A stretch of 64,000 nucleotides of DNA. It comes from an uncultured Acidobacteriota bacterium (GTDB lineage: Bacteria; Acidobacteriota; Thermoanaerobaculia; UBA5066; Gp7-AA6). Position 1 is the stretch's first letter; each line of letters opens with the position of its first letter. Shown piece after piece: positions 7,755 to 17,876 of this stretch. The stretch is from the NCBI GenBank assembly GCA_963823185.1, contig CAWGKP010000006.1, positions 215,113-279,112 on the forward strand, read 5' to 3'. Position numbers and translations under genes: made by a program. Below the pieces are notes generated by a model. It ran no database searches. It was not told where the DNA came from and saw nothing but the letters and a program-made list of their open reading frames with translations.

Positions 7755-9352
7755 GCGCGTCCTCGGGCGCCCTCGCCGCGCAGGTCGGGACGGAAGTCCG
7801 CATGCGGATGCGTTCGGTCGGGACGCTCGTCGCGCTGCTGGCCGCGTTCGCGGCCGCGATCCTCTGGATCCCCGACCCCGCCGGCCGCGCGAGCTCGCTG
7901 TCGTGGCGCCTTCCCGACGGCCGCGTCCAGGCGCCGATCTACGACACGGCTTACATCGGCTTCGCGGCGTCGGCGCTCATCGCGATCCTCGTCGCGCTCG
8001 GCGGCTTCTATCTCGTCGCGGGCTCCGTGCGCCGCGACCGCGAGCGCGGGGTCGGCGCGATCCTCGCCGCGACGCCGCTGTCGAACGGTCGGTATCTCCT
8101 GGGCAAGTTCGCGGCGAGCGCGGCCTACCTCTCGGTCATCACCGCACTCGCGCTGACGGCGGGACTCACCGCGTGGCTGCGCTTCGGGAAGGGGCCGTTC
8201 GATCCTTTCGCGTTCTTCGTGCCGTTCCTCCTGCTGAGCCTGCCGGCCGTCGCGATCACCGCGGCGTTCGCGCTCCTCTTCGACGTGACGCCGGGGCTCT
8301 CCGGCCGGTGGGGCTACGTCGCGTGGTTCTTCGTCTTCTCGCTTCTCCTCGTCGGCGTGCCGATGGGACTCGCGGGCGCCGCCGAGGGGCAGGGCAAGCT
8401 GCGGCGCTCGCCGGCGATCGATCCGGTGGGCGCCGCGACGCAGGCCTACCTCGCGCGCCAGACGGTGCCCGGCGCCACCGGGTTCTCGACGGGGCTCGAG
8501 ATCCGCGACGAGCCGTTCGAGCGAGTGCCGTGGGCGGGGATCCGCGTGACGCCCGGGCTCGTGGCGCTGCGCGCGGCGAACCTGCTCGTGGCGTTCGTTC
8601 CGCTCGGAGCGGCATTGCTCCTCTTCGACCGGTTCGATCCGGCCCGCCGCGGACGGCGCGCGCTCCGGGGGACGAAATCCCGCAACCGCGGCCAGGCCGC
8701 CGAGAGCCCGGCGCCCGGGGACTCGCTCGCGGCAGCGGCGCCGATCGCGCTGGTACCCGCCGCCGTGCGTCCGTCCGCGCTGGCGGCCGTGCTCGCCGAG
8801 ACGCGTCTCATCTGGGAGAGCGCGGGGCTGCTCCGGTGGCCGCTTCTCGCGGCGGCGATTCTCGCGGGCTTCATTCCGGGAAAAGGAGCGGCGGCGGCGT
8901 TCCTGCTCCTCCTCGTGCCCGCGGTCGCCGAGGTCGCGGCCCGCGAGGATCTCTCCGGCACGCGCGCGCTCGTCTTCTCGCAGCCGGGCGTCCCGACCTC
9001 GGCCGTCCTCTGGAAGACCGCGGCGCTCGCGCTCTTCGTCGCGATTCTCGGCGCGCCGCTCGTGATCCGCAGCGCCGCCGCTTCGCCCGCGCGAGGGCTC
9101 GGCGCGCTGGCGGGTCTCCTCGCCGTCGCGGGAATCGCAACCGGTCTGGGCTTCCTGAGCTCGGGAGGCAAGCTCTTTTCCGGGCTCTATCTGCCGGTCT
9201 GGTACATGGCGGCGTCGAACGCGCCCGGCGCGGACTTCACCGGGACCCTCTCGCAAAGCCCGCGTCTCGCCGTGAGCCTCCTCTTCCTCGCGGGAGCGGC
9301 GGTTCTCGTGGCTGCCGCGGCGGGCCGCGAGCGCGCACGGCGAGCGGGGTAG
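7751..9352 (+). CDS. polytopic membrane protein, probable permease partner of the upstream ABC ATPase
   Basis: 533 aa with many hydrophobic helices and no soluble domain. The GTG start overlaps the ATPase stop (GTGA). The role is assigned by position only. Confidence 0.7.
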   Translation: MSASSGALAAQVGTEVRMRMRSVGTLVALLAAFAAAILWIPDPAGRASSLSWRLPDGRVQAPIYDTAYIGFAASALIAILVALGGFYLVAGSVRRDRERGVGAILAATPLSNGRYLLGKFAASAAYLSVITALALTAGLTAWLRFGKGPFDPFAFFVPFLLLSLPAVAITAAFALLFDVTPGLSGRWGYVAWFFVFSLLLVGVPMGLAGAAEGQGKLRRSPAIDPVGAATQAYLARQTVPGATGFSTGLEIRDEPFERVPWAGIRVTPGLVALRAANLLVAFVPLGAALLLFDRFDPARRGRRALRGTKSRNRGQAAESPAPGDSLAAAAPIALVPAAVRPSALAAVLAETRLIWESAGLLRWPLLAAAILAGFIPGKGAAAAFLLLLVPAVAEVAAREDLSGTRALVFSQPGVPTSAVLWKTAALALFVAILGAPLVIRSAAASPARGLGALAGLLAVAGIATGLGFLSSGGKLFSGLYLPVWYMAASNAPGADFTGTLSQSPRLAVSLLFLAGAAVLVAAAAGRERARRAG

Positions 9353-9403
9353 CGACCTCCGTTCTCCGGGCCGGCCTGTCCCGGCGGCGGCGACCCCTCC
9401 GCC

Positions 9404-9877
9404 TTAGGTCGGGATCCAGTCGGGCAGGGGATTGTCGGGCCGCGCGTTGTCCCAGGCGATCGAAACGATCGCCCAGCGCTTCCCGTCGTGGGCGAGCTGC
9501 AAACTGTTGATGCCGCGGAAGAGGATCTCGGGATCGTGGAGGCGGCGTCCCGCGGCGTACGCCGAGAGCACGTGCGCGACGTTTCCGAAGCGGAAGATGC
9601 GCCGCGCGATCTCCCACTCGTAGAAGTCGCCGGCGTCGAAGAAGGCGCGACGCGACTCGAGCCACTGATCGAAGGTGAGCGGAACGCGCGCGACGGCGGG
9701 CGCGTCGCCCGGCTTCGCCGTCGGGATCGGTCCCGTCGGCATGAGGACTGCGCCCGGCGCGAAGAGATTGCGGTCGCGCTCCCAGTCGCGCGGGCCGGCC
9801 GGTCCGGAGATGGATTCGTACAGCGCGTCGAGGAGCCCCTCGATCGTCGCGGTGTCGCGGTCGGAGGCGCCGGTCAT
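9404..9877 (-). CDS. NTF2-like / SnoaL-DUF4440-like small protein
   Basis: C-terminal part of track ORF 9404..13198(-): MTGASDRDTATIEGLLDALYESISGPAG...WAIVSIAWDNARPDNPLPDWIPT. ATGA overlaps the stop of the upstream BNR gene. The fold call is a soft guess from length and pattern. Confidence 0.65.
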   Translation of the reverse strand: MTGASDRDTATIEGLLDALYESISGPAGPRDWERDRNLFAPGAVLMPTGPIPTAKPGDAPAVARVPLTFDQWLESRRAFFDAGDFYEWEIARRIFRFGNVAHVLSAYAAGRRLHDPEILFRGINSLQLAHDGKRWAIVSIAWDNARPDNPLPDWIPT

Positions 9878-12800
9878 TCCGGCCTCCACGTCGGCACGCG
9901 GCCCGGCGTCCAGGGCGCGCCGGCCGCCTCCATGCGGGATTCCAGGCTCGCGAGGTCCTTGTCCGCCTGGCGCAGCTTCTCGAGCACGGGCGCGAACTCC
10001 TCGGCGGCGATGGTGTAACCGTCGCGGCTCGTCTGCGTCGGCGCCGACACCGAGCTCCACTGCGTCCCGATGATCGCGTCGATCCTGTCGGTGATGCCGG
10101 GCGCCGTCGGCTCCTGGCGAGCGGCCATCACCTTGTCGCCTTCGAGCGCGAGCAGAACGTCGCGCAGGCGCGCCTCGAGCGAGCGCGCGTCCTTTTCGAG
10201 CGCCGGGTCGGCCGCCGGCGTGTCGTGGAGCGCCTGCTTCATGTCCGCGAGGCGTTTCTGGTCTTCCTTCGCGGCCGAGACCGCGCCGAACGCGGCGCGC
10301 TGGAGCCGCGCGGTCTTGCGCTGGAACGCGAGGAGCTCGGCGCGGTCGGCAGGCGGCAGCGAGCCCGTTCCGAGCGCGGCCACCTCGAACGCGACCGGCC
10401 CGGCGAGCGGCGTCACGACGCCGTCCACGCGCTTCGCGAGCGAGACGCTGTACTTTCCGGGCACCGTCATCGGTCCGGTCGGCGGCTGCTGCCACGGAAT
10501 CGTCGGATCGGGCTTCGGCGTGTCGCTCGGGTTGGACGGCGGGAAGCGCAGGTCCCACGCGATGCGGTGGACGCCGGCCGTGCCGGGCGCGGTCAGGCGG
10601 CGCACGACGTTGCCGTCGGAGTCGGCGATCGTGAAGAGCAGGACCGGATCTTCTTCGGCCGCCTCGGCCCGCAGCTCCTCCGCCGTCGGATAGGGCGACG
10701 CGGCGCCGTCCTTGGCCGCCTTCTTCTCGGCCTCCTGGCGCATCTTCTTCTTCGTCTTGAGATCCGACTTCAGGTAGTACGTCACGACGGCGCCGAACGG
10801 CGGGTTCGGGGCGGCGTAGTACGCATCGCCGAGGAAGCCCTTGCCGGGGAATCCGAGCGGGCTCGTCGGGTGGTAGGCCCACGCGTTGCGCACCGGGAAG
10901 ATCGCCGCGTCCTGGTCGAGCGCCGCCGGGCTGGCCGCGCGCAGCGCCGTGTCGTCGTCGAGGATGTAGATGCCGCGCCCGAACGTGGCGACGACGAGAT
11001 CGTTCTCGCGCGTCTGGATCGCGAGGTCGCGCACGGCGATCGTCGGCAGGCCGCCCTTGAGCGGCACCCAGTGCGCGCCGCCGTCCTTGCTGAAGAAGAG
11101 CCCGAATTCCGTCCCGGCGAAGAGGAGGCCCGGATCGCCCGGGTCTTCCACGGCGACGTACACCGTCCCGCGCGCCGGCAGATCGCCGGCGATCGAGGTC
11201 CAGGTGCGCCCGCGGTCGGCGCTCTTCAGGAGGTACGGCTTGAAGTCGCCCATCTGGTGGTTGTCGAAGGCCGCGTAGACGGTCGAGGCGTCGCGCGGCG
11301 AGGGCTCGAGGCGCGCCACGTAGGTGTTGGCGCGGCACGCCGGGAAAGCTCTCGACGCGCCGCCACGTCGCGCCGCCGTCCTCCGTGACCTGCACCAGGC
11401 CGTCGTCCGTGCCGACGTAGAGGAGCCCTTCCTGCCTCGGCGACTCGGAGAGCGACACGATGTTCCCGTAGAACGACGTCGAGGCGTTCTTTGCGACGGC
11501 GTCCGCGTTCCAGACCTTCCCCATGACGGGCAGCTTGTTGCGATCGATCCGCCGCGTCAGGTCCGGGCTGATCGGCTTCCAGCTCTGGCCGCGGTCGTCG
11601 CTGCGGAAGACGCGCTGCGCAGCGAAGTAGAGCCGCGTGTGCGCGTGCGGCGAGATGAGGATCGGCGAGTCCCAGTTCCAGCGCAGCGGCTCCTCGCCCT
11701 TGCCGGGCTGCGGCTGGATGGCGAGGAGGTCGCCGCTCTTGCGGTCGAGGCGCTGGAGCCCGCCGTACTGCGCTTCCGAGTACACGACGTTCGGGTCCTT
11801 GGGATCGACGCGCGGCTGGAAGCCGTCGCCGGAGACGGTGACGAACCAGTCGGAGTTGGCGATGCCGTGCACGTTGCCGGTCCGCGACGGGCCGCCCAGG
11901 CTGTCGTTGTCCTGCGTGCCGCCGTAGACGTTGTAGAAGGGCGCGGCCTCGTCCGCGACGACGCGGTAGAACTGCGCGAGCGGCAGGTTCGCCTTGAACT
12001 CCCACGAGGCGCCGCGGTCGAAGCTCTCGTACACGCCGCCGTCGCACCCGACGCGGTAATGGCGCGTGTCGTCCGGATCGATCCAGATGACGTGGTTGTC
12101 CACGTGCTTGGAGCTCTCGCCGAGCTTGTGGAACGTCTTGCCGCCGTCGTCGGAGACCTGGAGGAAGACGTCCACCGAGTAGACGCGCTCGCTGTTCTTC
12201 GGATCGACGGCCAGGCGCGTGTAGTAGAGGCCGCTCGTGACGTGGTCGCCGCGCTTCTCCCAGGAGACGCCGCGGTCCGTCGAGCGAAAGACGCCGCCGG
12301 CCTTGTTCGCCGCCTCGACGATCGCGTACACGGTGTCGGGAGCCGACGGCGCGATGGCCAGGCCGATGCGCCCGAGCTCCTCCTTCGGAAGTCCCGCGTC
12401 GATCTTCTTCCAGGTCGCGCCGGCGTCGGTCGAGCGGTAGAGCGCCGACTCGGGACCGCCGTCGATCTGCGTCCAGACGTGCCGCCGCCGCTGATGCGCC
12501 GCCGCGAGGAGGACGTCGGGATTGCGCGGATCCATCGCGACGTCGGCGACGCCGGTGTTCTCCGAGATCGTGAGGACCGCCTTCCACGTCTTGCCGCCGT
12601 CGGTCGTCTTGTAGAGGCCGCGGTCGCCGCCCGCCGACCACAGCGGGCCCTGCGCCGCGACGTACACGACGCGCGAGTCGCGCGGGTCGATGCGGATGCG
12701 GCCGATGTGCTCGGAGCTCTTGAGCCCCATGTTCTGCCACGTCTTGCCGCCGTCCTCGGACTTGTAGATGCCGTCGCCGTACGAGACGCTCCGCTGGCTG

Positions 12801-13198
12801 TTGTATTCGCCGGTGCCGACCCAGATGACCGCGGGATCGTTCGGATCGAGCGCCAGGCAGCCGATCGAGTACGAGCCCTCGCCGTCGAAGATCGGCGTCC
12901 AGGTGACTCCGGAGTTCACGGTCTTCCAGACGCCTCCCGAGGCGGCGGCGACGTAGTACGTCGCGGGATTGCCCGGAACGACCGCGATGTCGTTGACGCG
13001 CCCCGACGTGACGGCCGGCCCGATCGACCGCAGCTCGAGGCCCTTCCAGGTGTCGGACGAAAGGAGCGGCGGCTTCTTGTCTTCTGCAGGCGCGGCCGGC
13101 GCCGCGGCTTTCTTGCCGGGCGGCTCGGCGGCCGTCCCGAGAGCGGCGGCGAGAGTGATCGACGCGAGGCCGAGCGCGATGCGGCGGTGCATTTTCAT
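9874..13198 (-). pseudogene. BNR/sortilin (VPS10)-like repeat exoprotein with one reading-frame break near 11329..11336
   Basis: The N-terminal 620 aa (frame of track ORF 9404..13198) carry a signal peptide and repeated S/T-x-D-x-G-x-T-W motifs (SEDGGKTW, TTDGGKTW, STDAGATW, VSDDGGKTF, VTEDGGATW). The protein continues seamlessly in the frame of track ORF 9874..11319 (...NTYVARLEPSPRDASTVYAAFDNH...SADRGRTW...). Paralogue of intact 31194..34253. Confidence 0.8.
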
Positions 13199-13254
13199 GG
13201 GCGCGGACTATAGCAACGGCCGCATGGCGCCCCGCGGCGGATAATCGCGGCCGC

Positions 13255-15534
13255 ATGGCCGCGGAAGCCGTCACGATCTTCCTCTCGGCGTTCCTGCTCT
13301 TCGAGGTCGAGCCGCTGATCGCCAAGGCCATCCTGCCGTGGTTCGGCGGGGCCTCGTCGGTGTGGACGACCTGCCTCCTCTTCTTCCAGGCGGCGCTCCT
13401 CGGCGGTTATCTCTACGCGCACGTCCTTTCGCGCCTCTCGCCCCGCGCCGCGCGCGCCACGCACGCAACGCTCGTCGGGCTGTCGGTCCTCCTCCTCGTC
13501 GCCGCGGCGATCGGCGGACGCCCGCCGGTCCTGCCGCCGCTCGCCCTGCGTCCGGCCGATTCCGGGACGCCCGTCCTCCGTGTGCTCGCGGCGCTCGCGG
13601 CCGGCGTCGGGCTGCCGTTCTTCGTCCTGTCGTCCACGGGACCGCTCCTCCAGTCGTGGATCGCGCGGCGGCGTCCGCAGGCGCGCGTCTTCCGCCTCTT
13701 CGCGCTGTCGAATCTCGCGTCGCTCGCGGCGCTCCTCGCGTACCCGTTCGTGATCGAGCCGGCGCTCGGGCTCGCGCGCCAGGCGTGGATCTGGTCGGCG
13801 CTCTACGCGGCCTGCGCCCTTCTGCTCGTGGTCTGCGCTCTCCGCTCCGTCCCGGCGGCCGCCTCCGTCGCGACTTCTCCGGAGGGCGAAGCTCCGGATC
13901 CCGCCATCCGGCCCGCGCGGCGGATCTTCTGGCTGGCGCTCGCGGCGTGCCCGTCCGCGCTGCTCCTCGCCGCGACGAACCAGATGTGCCAGGAGGTCGC
14001 CGCGATTCCGTTCCTCTGGGTCCTGCCGCTCGGCTTGTACCTGCTCTCCTTCGTCCTCTGCTTCCAGAGCGACCGGCTCGCGCCGCGCGCCGTCTTCGGC
14101 CCGCTGCTCGTCGGCGCGCTCGGCTACGCGGCGTGGATCCTCTACCGCGGATACGGCGTGCCGATCCGTCAGCAGGTCCTCGCGGACGCGCTCGCGGTCT
14201 TCGCCGTCTGCATGGTCTGCCACGGCGAGCTCGCACGCAGCCGGCCCGCGCCGCGGCAGGCGACGGCGTTCTACCTGATGGTCGCGGCGGGCGGCGCTCT
14301 CGGCGCCGTCTTCGTCGCGGTCGTCGCGCCGCTCCTCTTCCCGGCCTTCTGGGAATTCCACCTGCTGCTCTGGCTCTCGGCGGTCGCGGCGCTCTTCGCG
14401 CTCGTGCGCGACACGGACTCGTGGCTTCATCGCGGGCGCGTCTGGCCGGCGCTCCTCACGCTCCTCGCGGTCGCGGTCCTCGCGTGGCAGATCCGGGATC
14501 CGGATCTGCTCGCGTCGCTCGCCGCGCGCGCGAAACGCGCCGTCGCCTCCGGTCCGGGCGCCGTCGCGGCGCTCGCGGCCGCGGCGCTCGCCGCCTTCGT
14601 CGCGCCGCGCTTCCTCCGGATGCGCGCGCGCCCGTATTTCGTCGCGGCGTGTCTGGCCGGGGCGGCGGGCTTCCTGGGTTATGCGCTCGTGGCCGACGTC
14701 CGCGCGTATCTGCGCGGGGCGATCGCGCTGTCGCGCAACTTCTACGGGGTGTTGACGATCGAGGCGCTCGATTCGCCGGATCCTCTGCTCTCGCGCCTGT
14801 CTCTCCGCAACGGCCGTATCGTGCACGGCTCCCAGTACCAATCGTCCGGGAAACGGCGCGAGCCGACGACCTATTACGGGCGGGCGAGCGGCATCGGATT
14901 GCTCCTCGACCATCACCCGGGACGCGCGCAGGAACGGCCGCTCCGCGTCGGCGTCGTGGGCCTCGGGACGGGAACGCTCGCGGCGTACGGGCGGCCCGGC
15001 GACGTGTTCCGCTTCTACGACATCAATCCCGACGTCGTGCGTCTCTCGAGCGGCCCGGCGCCGCGCTTCACGTACCTCGCGGACAGCCGCGCCGGGATCG
15101 AGATCGCGGCGGGCGACGCGCGCCTCTCGCTCGAGCGCGAGCTGGCGTCGGGGGCGCCGCCGCTCGACGTGCTCGCGGTGGACGCGTTCACGAGCGACGC
15201 GATTCCGGTGCACCTGCTGACGCGCGAGGCGATCGCGCTGTACGTGGCGCGCCTGCGCCCCGACGGCGTGCTCGCACTGCACCTCTCGAACCGGCAGCTC
15301 GATCTGCTTCCGGTGGCGAAGGCGGCGGCCGACGCCCTCTCGCTCGAGGCGTCGCTCGTCGACACGAACGACGACGGCGAGGGTTGCTGGGGCGCGACGT
15401 GGGTGCTGCTCGCGCGCGAGTCGGCGCCGCTCGAGCCGCCGGAGATCGACGAGGCGTCCGCGGATCTGCCCGAATCGCCCCGCGTGCGCCTCTGGACGGA
15501 CGACTACAGCAACCTCTTTCAGGTGCTGAAGTGA
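13255..15534 (+). CDS. fused polytopic membrane domain / spermidine-synthase-like (class I methyltransferase fold) protein
   Basis: 759 aa. The N-terminal ~480 aa are multi-TM. The C-terminus carries VGVVGLGTGTLAAYG and DVLAVDAFTSDAIPVHLLT, as in spermine/spermidine synthase family proteins. Confidence 0.85.
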   Translation: MAAEAVTIFLSAFLLFEVEPLIAKAILPWFGGASSVWTTCLLFFQAALLGGYLYAHVLSRLSPRAARATHATLVGLSVLLLVAAAIGGRPPVLPPLALRPADSGTPVLRVLAALAAGVGLPFFVLSSTGPLLQSWIARRRPQARVFRLFALSNLASLAALLAYPFVIEPALGLARQAWIWSALYAACALLLVVCALRSVPAAASVATSPEGEAPDPAIRPARRIFWLALAACPSALLLAATNQMCQEVAAIPFLWVLPLGLYLLSFVLCFQSDRLAPRAVFGPLLVGALGYAAWILYRGYGVPIRQQVLADALAVFAVCMVCHGELARSRPAPRQATAFYLMVAAGGALGAVFVAVVAPLLFPAFWEFHLLLWLSAVAALFALVRDTDSWLHRGRVWPALLTLLAVAVLAWQIRDPDLLASLAARAKRAVASGPGAVAALAAAALAAFVAPRFLRMRARPYFVAACLAGAAGFLGYALVADVRAYLRGAIALSRNFYGVLTIEALDSPDPLLSRLSLRNGRIVHGSQYQSSGKRREPTTYYGRASGIGLLLDHHPGRAQERPLRVGVVGLGTGTLAAYGRPGDVFRFYDINPDVVRLSSGPAPRFTYLADSRAGIEIAAGDARLSLERELASGAPPLDVLAVDAFTSDAIPVHLLTREAIALYVARLRPDGVLALHLSNRQLDLLPVAKAAADALSLEASLVDTNDDGEGCWGATWVLLARESAPLEPPEIDEASADLPESPRVRLWTDDYSNLFQVLK

Positions 15535-16103
15535 TCGCGCGGGAAGATCTCGAGCGCTCGCTGTCGGCGTATCGCGCCGAGGACGCCTCGGAAGAGGAGT
15601 CGCTCGCGCGGATCCGCGCGCTCGTGCGGGACGCGCCGGACCCCTTCACGCGCGCCGTGCGCGATCACGTCACGGCGAGCGCGGTCGTGGCGCGGCCGGA
15701 CGGCGGCGCCTTCCTCCTCGTGTACCACCGGCGGCTCGAGCGCTGGCTGCAGCCCGGCGGCCACGTCGAGCCGGACGACGCATCGGTCTTCGAGGCCGCC
15801 CGCCGCGAGGCGCGCGAGGAGACGGGCGTCGAGGACCTCGCCGCGCCGGTCGGCGGCCGCGTGCTCGACGTGGACGTGCACCCGATCCCCGCGCGCCCCG
15901 ACCGGCCGGCGCACGTCCACTTCGACCTGCGCCACCTGCTCACGACGACGGCGACGCGCTTCTCCGTGGCGGCCGAGGAAGTTCGTCGCGCCGACTGGTT
16001 CACCTTCGAGGAGGCGCTCGCGGCGGGTGTCGATGCCTCGCTCTCGCGCGCGCTCCGAAAGGCCCGTGCCCTCCTCGGGGCGGAACCGCGCCGGCCCGGT
16101 TAG
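15531..16103 (+). CDS. NUDIX hydrolase
   Basis: C-terminal part of track ORF 13338..16103. Nudix box GGHVEPDDASVFEAARREAREETGV. The GTG start overlaps the upstream stop (GTGA). Confidence 0.85.
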   Translation: MIAREDLERSLSAYRAEDASEEESLARIRALVRDAPDPFTRAVRDHVTASAVVARPDGGAFLLVYHRRLERWLQPGGHVEPDDASVFEAARREAREETGVEDLAAPVGGRVLDVDVHPIPARPDRPAHVHFDLRHLLTTTATRFSVAAEEVRRADWFTFEEALAAGVDASLSRALRKARALLGAEPRRPG

Positions 16104-16801
16104 GGCGTCGCGGCAGCCGTCGGGACCGGAGTCCGTCCCTCGAGCGCCTGGATCGGGTGGCGCAGCATCTCCGGCGAAACCTTCGGCTCCTTGCGCAGGA
16201 AGAAGAGGTAGAGGATGCCGACGCCGATGACGAAGACGCCGGTCGCGCGGTTGATGGTGACGAGCGTCTCGTAGCGGAATCGCCCGCGAAAGAAGTTCGA
16301 CAGCCCGACGAGGAACGCGAACCAGGAGCTCGATCCGATCAGCACTCCCGCCACGAGCTCGGCCGTCAGGAACGAGTGGCCGTGGACGGCGCCGATGCCG
16401 AACGTCGCGAAGACCGCGACGAAGGCGATGAATGTCATGGGGTTGGTCAGCGTCAGAACGAGCGTCGAGAAGAAGTCCGCAGCGAGACCGCGGTCCATGT
16501 CCACTTCCTCGCGCTTGGGCGGCTTCAGAAAGAGCAGTCTCGCTCCGAGGACGAGCAGGACCGCGCCGCCGACGCGCTGGAAGATCAGGCGGTGATCCAT
16601 GAGGAAAGATGAGATGACCGTGACTCCGAAGGCCGCGAGCGTTCCGTAGAGCGCGTCGGCGACCGCGGCGCCGAGTCCGGAGACGAGCCCGGCGAGCTTG
16701 CCGTGCGAGATCGTCCGCTGGACGCAGAGGACAGCGATGGGACCGACGGGCGCCGCGAGGCAGAACCCGACGATCAGTCCCTTGACGAAGAGGTTCTCCA
16801 T
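16100..16801 (-). CDS. LysE/RhtB family amino-acid exporter
   Basis: 233 aa with 6 TM helices. N-terminal FVKGLIVGFCLAAPVGPIAVLCVQRT and central TNPMTFIAFVAVF are typical of the LysE family. Confidence 0.9.
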   Translation of the reverse strand: MENLFVKGLIVGFCLAAPVGPIAVLCVQRTISHGKLAGLVSGLGAAVADALYGTLAAFGVTVISSFLMDHRLIFQRVGGAVLLVLGARLLFLKPPKREEVDMDRGLAADFFSTLVLTLTNPMTFIAFVAVFATFGIGAVHGHSFLTAELVAGVLIGSSSWFAFLVGLSNFFRGRFRYETLVTINRATGVFVIGVGILYLFFLRKEPKVSPEMLRHPIQALEGRTPVPTAAATP

Positions 16802-16835
16802 CCGCGGCGGAGCCTATAACGGGGCAAGCAGCCGG

Positions 16836-17876
16836 CTAGCCGTACCACTCCGCTTCGCGCATCAGGCGGAGCCACTCGCCGAGATCCGTCGCGAGGACGT
16901 ACTCGCAGAGGCCGAGGTCGGAGAAGACGTCGTCGGGCGGCCCGTCGGGATCGAGCCGCTTGCGGATCGTCGCGAGCGACGATCCTTTGGCGAGCGAGCG
17001 GTTCTCGTTCCTTCCGAACTCGTTCGCGCTCCGGTAGGTCCGCGCGGCGGCCCACAGGGCCGGGATCCCGAACGAGACGGCGAGCGCGATGCTCTTCGCC
17101 TGGTTCCAATCCTCTCCCGCGTGCTCGGCGGCGACGTGGAAGACGGCGAACGCGACGCTCGTGAAGAACACGAGCGGGAGCCAGCCGGGCCGACGGATCC
17201 AGCGCTTCTCGATCCGCTCGGCGGCGCGCGCGAAGTAGTCGATCTGGACGTCGAGCCGCTTGCGCCGGTAGTACGCGACGATCACGAGCCGCCGGGCGCG
17301 GTCGAGGGCTTCGCAGGATGCGGCGGCCGGGCGCGGCGGGATGGCGTCCTCCGCGTGTGCGAGGGCGGGAAGGTCGTTCTCGCCGAGCGCCATGATCGCG
17401 TCGCGCGCCGTGACCAAGTCCGTCTCGCTCTTCGGCGTCGGGCCACCCGCGCACCAGAAGTCCGGCTCGACGAGCTTCTGGAACTTGAGAAGCCGCAGCC
17501 GCTCCGCCTTGTACCGCGCGATCAGCCAGGCCTTGTGGAACTCGAAGACGAGTCCGACGGCAACCAGCGCCGTCGCGACGAGCGAAAACGCCGCCTCCGC
17601 GAAGAGCCGCCACTCGTAAGGCGTCGCCGGCGGAAAGAGGGGCCCCAGCCGGACCTCCTCGGGGAAGGCGATGTTCACCGCCGCGAGCGCGAGCCCGAGC
17701 GCTCCGACGACACCCGCGCCGCCGGTGAAAAGCCGGTGGCGCCATTGATTGGCGTTCGCGGCGCCGTCGGCCTTTTCGTACGCGGGAACGAGCTCCCGTG
17801 CGCAGAAGGAGAGGTACTTGCCGAGCGGGCCCTCGTCGGTCAGGTCGCGCCCCTCGTCGTGGACGTCGTCCGTCAT
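16836..17876 (-). CDS. 4-TM membrane protein built from two SLATT/DUF4231-like repeats
   Basis: 346 aa. Each half has a basic lead-in helix, a 2-TM hairpin (LFTGGAGVVGALGLALAAVNIAF + FAEAAFSLVATALVAVGLVFEF; WLPLVFFTSVAFAVFHVAA + IALAVSFGIPALWAAARTY) and an amphipathic basic helix (HKAWLIARYKAERLRLLKF; RSANEFGRNENRSLAKG). ATGA overlaps the RyR gene. The CDS call is solid. The family call is pattern-based. Confidence 0.75.
   Translation of the reverse strand: MTDDVHDEGRDLTDEGPLGKYLSFCARELVPAYEKADGAANANQWRHRLFTGGAGVVGALGLALAAVNIAFPEEVRLGPLFPPATPYEWRLFAEAAFSLVATALVAVGLVFEFHKAWLIARYKAERLRLLKFQKLVEPDFWCAGGPTPKSETDLVTARDAIMALGENDLPALAHAEDAIPPRPAAASCEALDRARRLVIVAYYRRKRLDVQIDYFARAAERIEKRWIRRPGWLPLVFFTSVAFAVFHVAAEHAGEDWNQAKSIALAVSFGIPALWAAARTYRSANEFGRNENRSLAKGSSLATIRKRLDPDGPPDDVFSDLGLCEYVLATDLGEWLRLMREAEWYG

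Noticed and set aside
11300-11360. Programmed ribosomal frameshifting at the two frame breaks (also 45865..45885)
   Set aside because: No X-XXY-YYZ slippery heptamer or obvious downstream pseudoknot is visible at either site. A simple indel (pseudogene or sequencing error) is more parsimonious.
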